A stretch of DNA of 32,000 nt from Ignicoccus hospitalis KIN4/I (GCF_000017945.1 NC_009776.1:420001-452000), one strand, 5' to 3'. Counted from the stretch's first letter, positions 18,199 to 26,936 are shown. The notes: generated by a model from the letters alone, not told the origin. Translations and numbers: made by a program.

Positions 18199-19212
18199 TT
18201 GAGCGTTACCCTAGCGGTCGGGGGAGGAGGGAGGGAAACCGAAGAGTTCATCAAGAACTTCATACTTCCCTTGTTCAAGATAAGGAGCTTGGGGAGCGTG
18301 GGCCTGGACGACTTGGAGGACGGGGCCGCGGTCCCCATAGGGGACAACAAGTACTTAGTGGTCTCCGTGGACAGCTATACTGTCAGCCCCCCGTTCTTCC
18401 CTGGGGGCGACATAGGCAAGCTCGCCGCTACGGGCTCCCTCAACGACGTCGCAGTAATGGGCGCAGAGCCCAAAGCGCTTATGGACGCCATAATAGTTGA
18501 GGAGGGGTTCAAGTTAAGCGACTTAAAGACGATATTGAAATCTATGTCCGAAGTTACGAACTCCCTAAACGTGGCGCTGCTCGGAGGGGACACTAAGGTC
18601 ATGCCAAAGGGCAGCGTAGATAAAATAGTCATCTCGACCGTCGGTATAGGGATAGCAGAAGGACCCTTGCTGACCTTAGACCGGGGGGAGCCGGGGGACA
18701 AGGTCCTAGTCACCGGGCCGGTGGGCGACCACGGCGCCACCATCCTCGCCCTCCAGTTCGGCCTACAAGTGAAGACGCTGAAGAGCGACGTCAGGCCGGT
18801 GTGGCCAGCAGTTAAGGCGTTGAGGGAAGCGTTGGGCGAGGACTTGAAGGCCGCTAAGGACCCCACCAGAGGGGGCTTGGCTATGGCTCTCAACGAGCTC
18901 GCGGAGAGGAGCAAGACCACAGTATACGTCGAGGAGGCTAGGGTGCCGATAAGGGAGGCCGTCAAGGAGTACGCGGAGATGCTGGGGGTGGAGCCCCTGG
19001 CCTTGGCCAGCGAGGGGCAAGCGGTCTTCGTAGTTAAGGGGGACAGAGCGGAGGAGGCGCTGGAGGTCTTGAGGAAGGCGGGCTTCGAGGAGGCCGCGAT
19101 AATAGGGGAGCTGAGGAAGGGCAAGCCCGGCTACGTGATATCGCGCACCCCCGTCGGCGGGCTGAGGCTCTTGGAGAAGCCCAGCGGGGAGCTGGTGCCT
19201 AGGATTTGTTGA
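18199..19212 (+). CDS. hypE: Hydrogenase expression/formation protein HypE
   Basis: 337 aa; VGLDDLEDGAAVPIGDNKYLVVSVDSYTVSPPFFPGGDIGKLAATGSLNDVAVMGAEP, KVLVTGPVGDHGATI, DPTRGGLAMALNELAE, C-terminal PRIC with the terminal Cys used for carbamoyl/cyano transfer. Confidence 0.95.
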   Translation: MSVTLAVGGGGRETEEFIKNFILPLFKIRSLGSVGLDDLEDGAAVPIGDNKYLVVSVDSYTVSPPFFPGGDIGKLAATGSLNDVAVMGAEPKALMDAIIVEEGFKLSDLKTILKSMSEVTNSLNVALLGGDTKVMPKGSVDKIVISTVGIGIAEGPLLTLDRGEPGDKVLVTGPVGDHGATILALQFGLQVKTLKSDVRPVWPAVKALREALGEDLKAAKDPTRGGLAMALNELAERSKTTVYVEEARVPIREAVKEYAEMLGVEPLALASEGQAVFVVKGDRAEEALEVLRKAGFEEAAIIGELRKGKPGYVISRTPVGGLRLLEKPSGELVPRIC

Positions 19213-19213
19213 A

Positions 19214-19846
19214 CTACCTAGGCTCCTTCCGGAGGACTTCCTTCACCTCCAAGTACGGCGCCGACCCCCGCGCCACCGCCTTCGCTATCGCTACGACCTC
19301 CTCCGGCTCGGGGCACCAGAGGCCAGCTGCGTAAACCCAAGCGGTCCCGTCCGTAACTACGCTATCGCACTTGGAGAGCGGGCCCCCGGGAGGGCCGGGC
19401 AAGTTGACGGGCCTCGAGTGCCCCAGGCAGAGCAGCTTCAGCTTCAAAGTCTTGTTAGAAAACTCCTCCGGGTCCTTCACGAGCTCGACTAGCCTCGCAG
19501 TGTTGTTGGAACAGAAGAGGTAAGTTTTCCCGAACGTAATTGAAGAGTTATCGTACCTCAAGACCAACGTCGTCTCGTTCTTAATTTTTATGAATAGCCT
19601 TACGGAGCGGAGCGACTGGGCGCAGGCCTCCCCCTCCCGCCACACCTCCACGAGGGCGCCGTCCGCGCGGGCCCGGTAACAGAAGTTCGGGAGCGTCAAG
19701 GGGAGCTCCAACGTGTCGTTCCAGTAGCCCAAGTACTGGAGGGCCAGGCCGTTCAATGTTACGTTGTGGACTACTAAGATTAGAGAGCAGAGCGCCCCCA
19801 AACCCCGTTCCCGGGGAACGGGGGCTCGGCGCCCGTAACCTGTCAT
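19214..19846 (-). CDS. Uncharacterised probable exported/membrane-associated Cys-containing protein (ORF extends to 19894; ATG at 19846 favoured)
   Basis: Likely start MTGYGRRAPVPRERGLGALCSLILVVHNVTLNG; the ATG overlaps the stop of the upstream ORF (TGATG). Confidence 0.6.
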   Translation of the reverse strand: MTGYGRRAPVPRERGLGALCSLILVVHNVTLNGLALQYLGYWNDTLELPLTLPNFCYRARADGALVEVWREGEACAQSLRSVRLFIKIKNETTLVLRYDNSSITFGKTYLFCSNNTARLVELVKDPEEFSNKTLKLKLLCLGHSRPVNLPGPPGGPLSKCDSVVTDGTAWVYAAGLWCPEPEEVVAIAKAVARGSAPYLEVKEVLRKEPR

Positions 19847-21450
19847 CACTCGCGGGGAGCTCTCTGCCGGCCAAGTGTCGTCATCGCCTCCCAAGAGACC
19901 GCCTCAAGGTCCGGCGCCCTGTTAATGACGAACGCGAGGTCCAGCGCCCTCACCTCCGAGCACTCCGGGCCCGCGCAAGCGTCCCAAGGGTCAGGGACGC
20001 GGAGGTCCCTCAGCTTGCCGGAGAAGGGCCTCTCCAAGAGTTTGGCGAGGAAGTTCAGCTGGCCCTCCTCCTCCAAGTGTACGTTCGCCTCCGTCTTCAC
20101 CGGGGACTTCCAAGACTTGCTCTCCAGCCAAGGCCCCCTTACCTTGACCTTCTCCGCCCCCGGACGGCGGAGCTCCCTCGCCCTAGGAGGGGAGTACTCG
20201 CTCGGGGGCGCCCTTACTTCTATCCTCTTAGCCCTCTCGGTGACGTCGTGAGGCTTGTAGTTCTTCATGTAAATTACCGTGTCAGAACGCGCCACCACGG
20301 GTGCGGAGCCTCCGGAGACCAGCACCAAGCTCAAGCCGAACTCCTTCAAGCTCTCCAACTTCTCCGACAACGTTTCGACAGTCTTTATATCGTATATTTC
20401 GTTCAACCTCTCGTCGAAGTGTAAGAAGTTAGTGGCGGTGTAGTCCTCGTCTATTATCAAGGCCCTCGAGCCCGCCTCTACCGCCTCTTGAAACGAGGCC
20501 GCCGCGCTGGTGGCCCCGGAGGCGTCGTCCGTGGAGAACCTTTCCGAGCCCTCCAGCTTTATGAAAGTGGAGACGTCCACTCCCGCCACCCGCCTCCCGT
20601 CTTCTGACCTAACGTAGAACATGTTCTTGTCGCTCAGTACGAACTCCCTGCCGTCCCCCGGTATGTGGTCCCAAACCCCCTTTGCCAACGCCTCTATTAA
20701 GGTGGTCTTGCCGTGGAAGGCCGGGCCGGTGACGGAGGTTATCCCCTTCCGGACCCCCATGCCGCTTATAGGCCCCTCGTTGGTCTCTATCTCCACCCTC
20801 AGGCTGGGAGGGCTCTCGAAGGGCACCGCCCCCTCCAAGGGCTCCTCGCAGTCCCCGCACCTCCGCGGCAAGACGCTGCCGTCCGCCACGAAGGCTATCA
20901 ACCCTTTTTCGGCCATCTTCTTCCTTATCTCTTGTTGTACCTTCCAGACCTTGTTCCACCGCTCCAAGTCCTCGTCCCTTGAAAGCGCCTCCTCAACGGC
21001 TTTGGGGAGCTTCCTCAAGAGCAGCTCCGAGGCGCGGTCGGCCAAGACCCTCCTTCCCCTGGAGGGCAAGCCGACCCAAATTCTGAAGGCTATCTTATTG
21101 CCGAAGCATTTAACTGAACTCCTCCTTAGGATAGCGTTCGAAGGCTTGGGAACTGCCAAGAGGCCGCTCTTCCCCTCCCCCATTTTGGAGCTGTACGCCC
21201 TCAAGGAGGCGTATAATTTCCTTAGGAAGTAGTCCTCCGCGGGCAAGGGGAGGTCGCACCGGGCCGGGGCCTCGGCCCTAACCACGCTGGGGGGCGCGAA
21301 GGGGTCCCCTTGCACCCTCGCGACCTCGAAGGCGAGGCGCCCTACGGAGAACCGAACCCCCTTGAGCTCCTTGTAAGCCTTGTATCCCCTTCCGTCTATC
21401 TTCGCCAAGATTTTCTCTACGTCCACGGCCGAGCCCAGCCGTGCTCGCAA
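19846..21450 (-). CDS. Predicted ABC-class ATPase (COG3044-type)
   Basis: 534 aa; GMGVRKGITSVTGPAFHGKTTLIEALAKGVWDHIPGDGREFVLSD, FSTDDASGATSAAASFQEAVEAGSRALIIDEDYTATNFLHFDERL. Confidence 0.87.
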   Translation of the reverse strand: MRARLGSAVDVEKILAKIDGRGYKAYKELKGVRFSVGRLAFEVARVQGDPFAPPSVVRAEAPARCDLPLPAEDYFLRKLYASLRAYSSKMGEGKSGLLAVPKPSNAILRRSSVKCFGNKIAFRIWVGLPSRGRRVLADRASELLLRKLPKAVEEALSRDEDLERWNKVWKVQQEIRKKMAEKGLIAFVADGSVLPRRCGDCEEPLEGAVPFESPPSLRVEIETNEGPISGMGVRKGITSVTGPAFHGKTTLIEALAKGVWDHIPGDGREFVLSDKNMFYVRSEDGRRVAGVDVSTFIKLEGSERFSTDDASGATSAAASFQEAVEAGSRALIIDEDYTATNFLHFDERLNEIYDIKTVETLSEKLESLKEFGLSLVLVSGGSAPVVARSDTVIYMKNYKPHDVTERAKRIEVRAPPSEYSPPRARELRRPGAEKVKVRGPWLESKSWKSPVKTEANVHLEEEGQLNFLAKLLERPFSGKLRDLRVPDPWDACAGPECSEVRALDLAFVINRAPDLEAVSWEAMTTLGRQRAPRE

Positions 21451-21489
21451 GGTTATTAATTTCGGTGGGCCCCGGCTGGGGGGAACGAC

Positions 21490-21777
21490 TTGAACGACGA
21501 CCTATACCTCCTCGCCCTCATGACCGCCGCCACGTTGGCCGGGGTGCTCACGGCGCTGGCCGCCACTTTCATTTTGAACAAGAAGAAAGAGGAGGAAAAG
21601 AAGTACGTAACTGTGGTCAAGTGTCCCAACTGCGGTTACGAGGAGAAGAGGGAGTGGAGGGAGGGGGACTTCGTAGGCATGGTTGAGGGGCCTTGCCCTA
21701 AGTGCGGAGGGATGAGGGTGGTGTGGAACATTTACTTGGAGGACCGCGAAGAGGAGCGCCCTAAAGGGGAACCCTGA
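21490..21777 (+). CDS. Small membrane-anchored zinc-ribbon protein
   Basis: 95 aa; TM LLALMTAATLAGVLTALAATFIL then CPNCGYEEK...GPCPKCGGMRVVW. TTG start. Confidence 0.65.
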   Translation: MNDDLYLLALMTAATLAGVLTALAATFILNKKKEEEKKYVTVVKCPNCGYEEKREWREGDFVGMVEGPCPKCGGMRVVWNIYLEDREEERPKGEP

Positions 21778-22219
21778 AGTCCTCCTTGACCACGTTGAAA
21801 GCTATGTGGGTGACGCTCTTCTTGATCTCCTTCCTCTCTAGCAAATCCTTAACGAAGAAGTCTAAAGCCTTCACGTCCTTAAACTTAGCAATCAACAGTA
21901 CATCGTAATCTCCGGTTATGTCATATATAGCAATTACGTTTTTTATGTTTTTCAGCTCCTCCTCCAATTCCTTCAATTTTGAGCCTTCGACGCTCAACAT
22001 TATTATTGCGGTCACTTGGTACCCTAGGACGGAGAAGTCCATCAGCGGCACGAACCCCTTTATTATCCCTTTTGAGAGCATCTTCTTCAAGCGGTTGTGG
22101 ACCGTCGCGGGGGACACGTTGAGCTCTCTCGCTATCTCCCTAACCCCCTTGCGGGCGTTCTCCATCAGTAAGGAGAGGATCTTATAGTCCAGCTCGTCCA
22201 AATCCTTATGGCCCCTCAT
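21761..22219 (-). CDS. Lrp/AsnC-family transcriptional regulator
   Basis: 152 aa; LDELDYKILSLLMENARKGVREIARELNVSPATVHNRLKKMLSKGIIKGFVPLMD, then RAM-like domain. Confidence 0.94.
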   Translation of the reverse strand: MRGHKDLDELDYKILSLLMENARKGVREIARELNVSPATVHNRLKKMLSKGIIKGFVPLMDFSVLGYQVTAIIMLSVEGSKLKELEEELKNIKNVIAIYDITGDYDVLLIAKFKDVKALDFFVKDLLERKEIKKSVTHIAFNVVKEDFRVPL

Positions 22220-22253
22220 AATCCCCTTCAGCTCCGGTCCTCGGGAGAGCCTC

Positions 22254-22931
22254 GTGAGACTGAAGAATTATATGGAGGCGTTCACTATAGCGTCCTTCGC
22301 GGAGCTGCCGTGGACCGGCTCCACGCTCGACGCTGAGGCCTTGCTGGAAGCGGCCCAAGACCCGATGGCCGTGCTGAACTTCGGAAGGTGCTACATAAAG
22401 TCCTACCTGGCGAGGAGGATTCAAGAGTGCGGGCTGGTAAAGAGGGGCACCTTCATACTCTCCTCCGGGAAGCGAAGCGACGTTTACGTAGACATGAGGA
22501 AGCTTTGGAGCTTTCCCAAGCTCGCTAGGTTAGCAGCACTGCTCATGTCCGCCCTAATAAGGTCTAAGGTGGAGTATGCGACGATAGTCGGAGTGGCCAC
22601 CGGCGGGATACCCCTCGCGGCCCACTTGTCCGTAACCTTGGGTTGGCCCATGGGCTACGCGAGGCCGAAGAGGAAGGAACACGGTCAAATGAGGCTGGTA
22701 GAGGGCGTAGAGCCCGGCCAGAAGGTAGTTGTAGTGGACGACGTGACCACCACCGGCGGCAGCTTGGCGAAGACCATAGACGCCTTGAGGGACTTCGGGG
22801 CAGAGCCTGTCTTGGCGGCCGCCTTGTTGGACAGAGAGGAGGGCAGCGTAGAGGAGATAGAAAAGAGGGGCGTGGAGTTCATCAGGTTGTTGACTCTTAA
22901 CCAAGTGTTGAGGGGGTTGAGGTGCGAGTGA
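22254..22931 (+). CDS. pyrE: Orotate phosphoribosyltransferase (start uncertain: 22254, 22272 or 22365)
   Basis: 225 aa; GTFILSSGKRSDVYVDMRKLWSFP, GVATGGIPLAAHLSVTLGWPMGYARPKRKEHG, GQKVVVVDDVTTTGGSLAKTIDALRDFGAEP. Confidence 0.92.
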   Translation: MRLKNYMEAFTIASFAELPWTGSTLDAEALLEAAQDPMAVLNFGRCYIKSYLARRIQECGLVKRGTFILSSGKRSDVYVDMRKLWSFPKLARLAALLMSALIRSKVEYATIVGVATGGIPLAAHLSVTLGWPMGYARPKRKEHGQMRLVEGVEPGQKVVVVDDVTTTGGSLAKTIDALRDFGAEPVLAAALLDREEGSVEEIEKRGVEFIRLLTLNQVLRGLRCE

Positions 22932-23911
22932 TCTGCCCTAAGAAGATGCTCAACGGCCCTTGCGGAGGCGTGAGGGGAGAGCTCTGCGAGGTCGACGACT
23001 TCAAGTGCCCCTTCGTCGAGGCGTTTAGGAACTTAAGGAGCTCCGAGTACCTAAAGCCCTTGTTGGACCCCGGGTTCAAGGTGGGCTGCGAAGTCGTAGA
23101 GGTGGAGCCCTCCCCGTACGTCAAGAAGCTCGAGGACTTCGCGGTCTCGGCGGAGGTCGAACCTTGGGGGCCGGAGGAGCTGGAGAGGGCCTCGAAGTGG
23201 AGGGTGGACGCGCTGAACGTCACCGACAACCCCCTGGGCTTGCCCCACTTGGACTCGGTCTGGGCATCGGCCGCGCTGGCCTCCAAGGGAAAGGAGGTCA
23301 TAGCCCAGCTGACTTGTAGGGGGAGGACGAGGGAGGCGCTCGCTTCCTCCTTGCTCGCGCTTGATGCCTCTGGGGTCAACAACGTTTTAGCCTTGACGGG
23401 CGACTGGGCCCCCAACGCGGCCTTCGACCTAGACGCGGTGAGGCTCGTCTGCTTGGTACAAGCCTTGAGGAAAGGGGTCGACTGGGAGGGGAGAAAGACT
23501 AGGAGGGTAAGGCTTTCGGTGGGGGTGGCCTCCAACCCGTACTTCAGTTACGAAGAGAAGAGGCTCTTGAGGAAGGCCCACGCCGGGGCCCAGTTCGCCC
23601 AGACACAACCGGTGTTCAAGAAGGAACTGTTGTACAAGATAAAGAAATACCCCCTCCCCACCGTGCCCAGCCTCTTGCTCACCACCTCTAGGAAAGTGGT
23701 GAGGGCATTAATGGAGAGGGGAGTGGACGCGAAGGAGTTCTACGAGGAGCTGGTGAAGGCTAAGAGGGAAGGCAAGGCTGACGAGCTCGTGCTCAAGAAA
23801 TCCCTAGAGATGTACGAGGAGGCCTACTCGTCGGAGCTCCCCGGGGTACACTTGATGGCCCCCGGCAGGCCGGACTTGCTCGAGCGCTTCCTAGAGCTTT
23901 TGAGGCTTTAG
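22922..23911 (+). CDS. Methylenetetrahydrofolate reductase-like protein with N-terminal MTHFR_C-type Cys-rich domain
   Basis: 329 aa; CPKKMLNGPCGGVRGELCEVDDFKCPFVEAFRNLR, then MetF-like barrel: EVVEVEPSP, DALNVTDNPLG, LTCRGRTREALASSLLALDASGVNNVLALTGD, FAQTQPVFKKELL. Confidence 0.85.
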   Translation: MRVICPKKMLNGPCGGVRGELCEVDDFKCPFVEAFRNLRSSEYLKPLLDPGFKVGCEVVEVEPSPYVKKLEDFAVSAEVEPWGPEELERASKWRVDALNVTDNPLGLPHLDSVWASAALASKGKEVIAQLTCRGRTREALASSLLALDASGVNNVLALTGDWAPNAAFDLDAVRLVCLVQALRKGVDWEGRKTRRVRLSVGVASNPYFSYEEKRLLRKAHAGAQFAQTQPVFKKELLYKIKKYPLPTVPSLLLTTSRKVVRALMERGVDAKEFYEELVKAKREGKADELVLKKSLEMYEEAYSSELPGVHLMAPGRPDLLERFLELLRL

Positions 23912-23915
23912 TCCG

Positions 23916-24722
23916 ATGGGCCCTCGGGTAGGCGTTTTGGAGTGGCGCCCGAGACACTACATCAAGGTAACCGACTACGCCTCTAAGTCGGTTATTAAGG
24001 TGCTTCCCGCCGACAGCTTGCTCGACGCGGCCAACCTCATGATAAGGTTCAAAATAAGGCACTTGCCCGTTACCGACACAGAGGGCAGGGTGATAGGGCT
24101 AATAGGCATAAGGGACGTCGCGGACGCCTTGCTCAAGAAGGGGAGAGAGAGGCTGGAGGAGGAGAAGGTCGTCGACTGGATGAACGACCAGCCCGTGAAG
24201 GTGAGCGAGGACGTCTCGTTGCACAAGGCAGTGGAGTTGATGTTGGAGACCGGGGTAGGCTCCATAGTAATTACGGACGATATGGACGTAATAAAGGGGA
24301 TATTGAGCGAGAAGGACGTGGTCAAGTTCCTCTCCGTGGTACCCTCCATAGAGGCAGTAGCGAACGTGGCCTCGCCGATAAGCACCTACGTTTTGGCTGG
24401 GTCGTCGGTGAGGGAAGTGTTAGAACTGATGATGGAGCTATGGTCCAAGCACTTAGTTATGAGTAGGGAGGGCAAGGTGGTTGGCGTGATATCCATGCTA
24501 GACTTAGTGAAGAAGGCGCTGGAAGACGGCCTTTCGGCCCCGGCGGACGACGCGGTCAAGAGGACGGAAGTCCTACCCCCTGAGGCGCCCATCTCGCTCG
24601 CCGCCGCCATAATGGTATCCAAGAACAAGGAGGCGCTCTTGGTCGGGAGGAAGGAGCCGGACTCGATAGTTACTGAAAAGAACATGGTGAGGGGCGCCTT
24701 AGAGGTGCTGTCCAAGCTATGA
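23916..24722 (+). CDS. CBS-domain protein (multiple CBS motifs)
   Basis: 268 aa; LLDAANLMIRFKIRHLPVTDTEGRVIGLIGIRDVADALL; LHKAVELMLETGVGSIVITDDMDVIKGILSEKDVVKFL; further CBS-like repeats. Confidence 0.92.
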   Translation: MGPRVGVLEWRPRHYIKVTDYASKSVIKVLPADSLLDAANLMIRFKIRHLPVTDTEGRVIGLIGIRDVADALLKKGRERLEEEKVVDWMNDQPVKVSEDVSLHKAVELMLETGVGSIVITDDMDVIKGILSEKDVVKFLSVVPSIEAVANVASPISTYVLAGSSVREVLELMMELWSKHLVMSREGKVVGVISMLDLVKKALEDGLSAPADDAVKRTEVLPPEAPISLAAAIMVSKNKEALLVGRKEPDSIVTEKNMVRGALEVLSKL

Positions 24723-25285
24723 TCGTGGCGCTGGGAAGGGGGCTGGAGGCCTACATAATCTTCAAGGGCGAGGTCCTCGCCTTCGAGCCGGAGGGCGGGG
24801 AGGGGCTGTTCACGGGCTCCCCTCCCCGCTTCCTCAAGCCCTCCGGGGCCGGCTCCCGCGGGCCCTTCTCGTGGAGGCCGCTGGAGTTCGAAGGCCTTAG
24901 GGGAAGGGTTACCGGCTACGAGGTGCTAGTAGGGGGGACTAGAGTAGTATACGCGGGGGGAGCGAAGGAGCCCTTTTCGGTCGAAGCCGACGTGATCTTG
25001 GCCCCCGCCGGAGGGGGTTGGTACATGGACGCCAAGGGCTTCTGTAAAACCTTGAGGATGTCGAAGTTTAAGGTAGCAGTGCCCATAGCTGTTTGGAACC
25101 CCGGCACAAACCTCCCCCTTGAAGGAATAGAAGAAGTTAGGAACGAGTGCAGGGGGTTCAATAGGGTAAGGGCAATGGGGTCTTGGAAAGTTCATTTTAA
25201 GGGGGGAAAAGCGACAGTTGCCCTAATAGAGCCCGGGAGACCACAACTTATAATCAAAAAGCTTTTAAAGAGCGGGAGACTATAG
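24719..25285 (+). CDS. Uncharacterised protein
   Basis: 188-aa ORF with consistent codon bias, ATGA overlap with the CBS gene. Confidence 0.6.
   Translation: MIVALGRGLEAYIIFKGEVLAFEPEGGEGLFTGSPPRFLKPSGAGSRGPFSWRPLEFEGLRGRVTGYEVLVGGTRVVYAGGAKEPFSVEADVILAPAGGGWYMDAKGFCKTLRMSKFKVAVPIAVWNPGTNLPLEGIEEVRNECRGFNRVRAMGSWKVHFKGGKATVALIEPGRPQLIIKKLLKSGRL
25261..25270 (+). promoter_or_regulatory. TATA-box candidate inside the end of the upstream ORF for the gene at 25293 (predicted leaderless)
   Basis: gcttttaaag about 25-28 nt upstream of GTG 25293. Confidence 0.45.
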
Positions 25286-25292
25286 TCACACG

Positions 25293-25745
25293 GTGGCCGG
25301 TTTGAACGCCGCCGATCAGAGAGCTAGGCTCGCGAAGGAGCGCCGAGCGGTGCTGGAGTACCTAGCGCTGAAGGCGCTGGCGAACAAGAAGAACGTCCTC
25401 CAAGCGCTGTACGAGTACTTGGTCCTCAACACCTCCCCCAGCGAGGCCGCTAAGAAGTACGGGATAAACAAGACCCAACTAAAGAGCACCGCCTACCAGC
25501 TGATGAGCAAGGGGAGGCCCGCTCTGGTGGTCAAGCTCATGAAGCTCGCTTGGCCCTACATAATGGAGATAGAGCCCTTAGTTGAGAACAACTACTGCAA
25601 GGCTTGCAACTCCGTGATCCACACTAACCACGCCGAACCCCACATAGCCGTGAGGCACCAAGACATAATACAGAAGACCGCCCTAGAGGTTGAGAGGAAG
25701 CTCAAGGAGGCCATAAAGGCGAAGAAGCAAGTGGTCCGCGCTTGA
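25293..25745 (+). CDS. Uncharacterised HTH plus Cys/His zinc-finger-like protein
   Basis: 150 aa; NTSPSEAAKKYGINKTQLKSTAYQLM (HTH-like) and YCKACNSVIHTNHAEPHIAVRHQ (CxxC...HxxxH-like). Confidence 0.65.
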   Translation: MAGLNAADQRARLAKERRAVLEYLALKALANKKNVLQALYEYLVLNTSPSEAAKKYGINKTQLKSTAYQLMSKGRPALVVKLMKLAWPYIMEIEPLVENNYCKACNSVIHTNHAEPHIAVRHQDIIQKTALEVERKLKEAIKAKKQVVRA

Positions 25746-25839
25746 GGAACACCCCGGTCTTTTCTCGCTCACACCCCAGTTTCACTTCCCTCCTCGCGCT
25801 CATTCCTCGCCCCGGACCTAAGGTGAAGAGGGGGCAGAA

Positions 25840-26418
25840 GTGACCTATACCGTAGTGGCGCGCAAGGGGGCGGAGTTGGCCTCCCTAACGGTTTCCCCCT
25901 CCCCCGGAGTGGGGAGGAGGGCCGTCTGGTGGGGCCCCAAGGGGGTGGTAGTGGTCCAAGGCTACTCCTCAAGGGAGCTCGCGAAGGCCGCCTACGAGAG
26001 GATAGACGACCCCGAGGAGGCGTTGGAGGTCGTGCTTAACGACCCCCTGGCGGGCTACCGCCAAGCGATAGTGGTGCCCCGGGAAGGTGAGGTGCAGAGC
26101 TTCACCGGGGTAGGTACCTTGCCGGCCAAGGGTTTCGTCAAGAGGAGGTTGGGGGAGTTGGAGCTTTATTGCATAGGCAACGGCCTCGCGAACGCAAAGG
26201 TCTTGACCTCCTCTTGCTCCACGAGCTCTAACGACGTACTCAAGGCGGTCTTCGAAGTCGCTCGGGTGGCGGAAGCTTACGGGGGCAACCGGCCCGGCTC
26301 CAAGAGCGCCGCGCTGGTTTACCTAGGCAATTTTAGCTTCTTCGAGGAGGTGCTTAAGTCCGAGTCCCCGGTCCACCGCTTGTGGGCGGAGCTGGTGGCT
26401 CCCACGCCCCTTTATTAG
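25840..26418 (+). CDS. DUF1028-like protein
   Basis: 192 aa; MTYTVVARKG start, DPEEALEVVLNDPLAGYRQAIVVPREGEVQSFTGVGTLPAKGF...LYCIGNGLANAKVL resembles the DUF1028 pattern (RQ...VD..G.v..fTG......QGN.L). Confidence 0.6.
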   Translation: MTYTVVARKGAELASLTVSPSPGVGRRAVWWGPKGVVVVQGYSSRELAKAAYERIDDPEEALEVVLNDPLAGYRQAIVVPREGEVQSFTGVGTLPAKGFVKRRLGELELYCIGNGLANAKVLTSSCSTSSNDVLKAVFEVARVAEAYGGNRPGSKSAALVYLGNFSFFEEVLKSESPVHRLWAELVAPTPLY

Positions 26419-26468
26419 TCCCGAGGGGGCCCTACAACGCATCGGGTGGTCCAGCGGTGAGGAGAGGA

Positions 26469-26681
26469 ATGACGGACCTAGCTATAATAGCGTTCGCGGT
26501 GGCGACCGCTACCTTCATGTTGTCCATGATAATGATAGGAGCAATGAACGCCCACATGAATCAGATGGAGAAGCAAGTGGAAGTCCTAAGCAAGAACTTG
26601 GACGCGATGAAGGTTCAAGTACAAGCGCTGAGGGCCCAGCTGGAGCAGCTGATAAAGTACAGCCCTCTCTACAACGGGTAA
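26469..26681 (+). CDS. 70-aa single-TM plus coiled-coil protein
   Basis: ATG 26469 preceded by ggagaggaa SD; MTDLAIIAFAVATATFMLSMIMIGAMNAHMNQMEKQVEVLSKNLDAMKVQVQALRAQLEQLIKYSPLYNG. Confidence 0.65.
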   Translation: MTDLAIIAFAVATATFMLSMIMIGAMNAHMNQMEKQVEVLSKNLDAMKVQVQALRAQLEQLIKYSPLYNG

Positions 26682-26723
26682 GGTTTTAACTGGTTACATA
26701 GTGGTCTTTTTCTGGACGGGAGC

Positions 26724-26936
26724 ATGAGTTTCTTCTTCTCCTTCATAAAGAAGGAGATTGAGGCCACCATAAAGGAAGCCGTGCTCCCCTTGGGGGAGTT
26801 GGAAAAGATCTACTCTTTTAAGGATGCTCAAGACTTAGACTCCAAAGCCTTGGCGATCGCTAAGGCCCTCGGCGTGGACGACGAGGAAGACTTGATTAAC
26901 GCTATAAAGAGGGCTCTCAGCGGAAAAGGGCGTTGA
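26724..26936 (+). CDS. 70-aa uncharacterised helical protein
   Basis: MSFFFSFIKKEIEATIKEAVLPLGELEKIYSFKDAQDLDSKALAIAKALGVDDEEDLINAIKRALSGKGR; ATGA-type coupling to the next ORF. Confidence 0.6.
   Translation: MSFFFSFIKKEIEATIKEAVLPLGELEKIYSFKDAQDLDSKALAIAKALGVDDEEDLINAIKRALSGKGR

Noticed and set aside
18375-19124. 249-aa minus-strand ORF opposite hypE
   Set aside because: Ser/Ala/Pro-rich antisense translation; hypE is clearly real.
19756-20424. 222-aa plus-strand ORF in the COG3044-like ATPase region
   Set aside because: Arg/Leu/Pro-rich translation without motifs, opposite a convincing ATPase.
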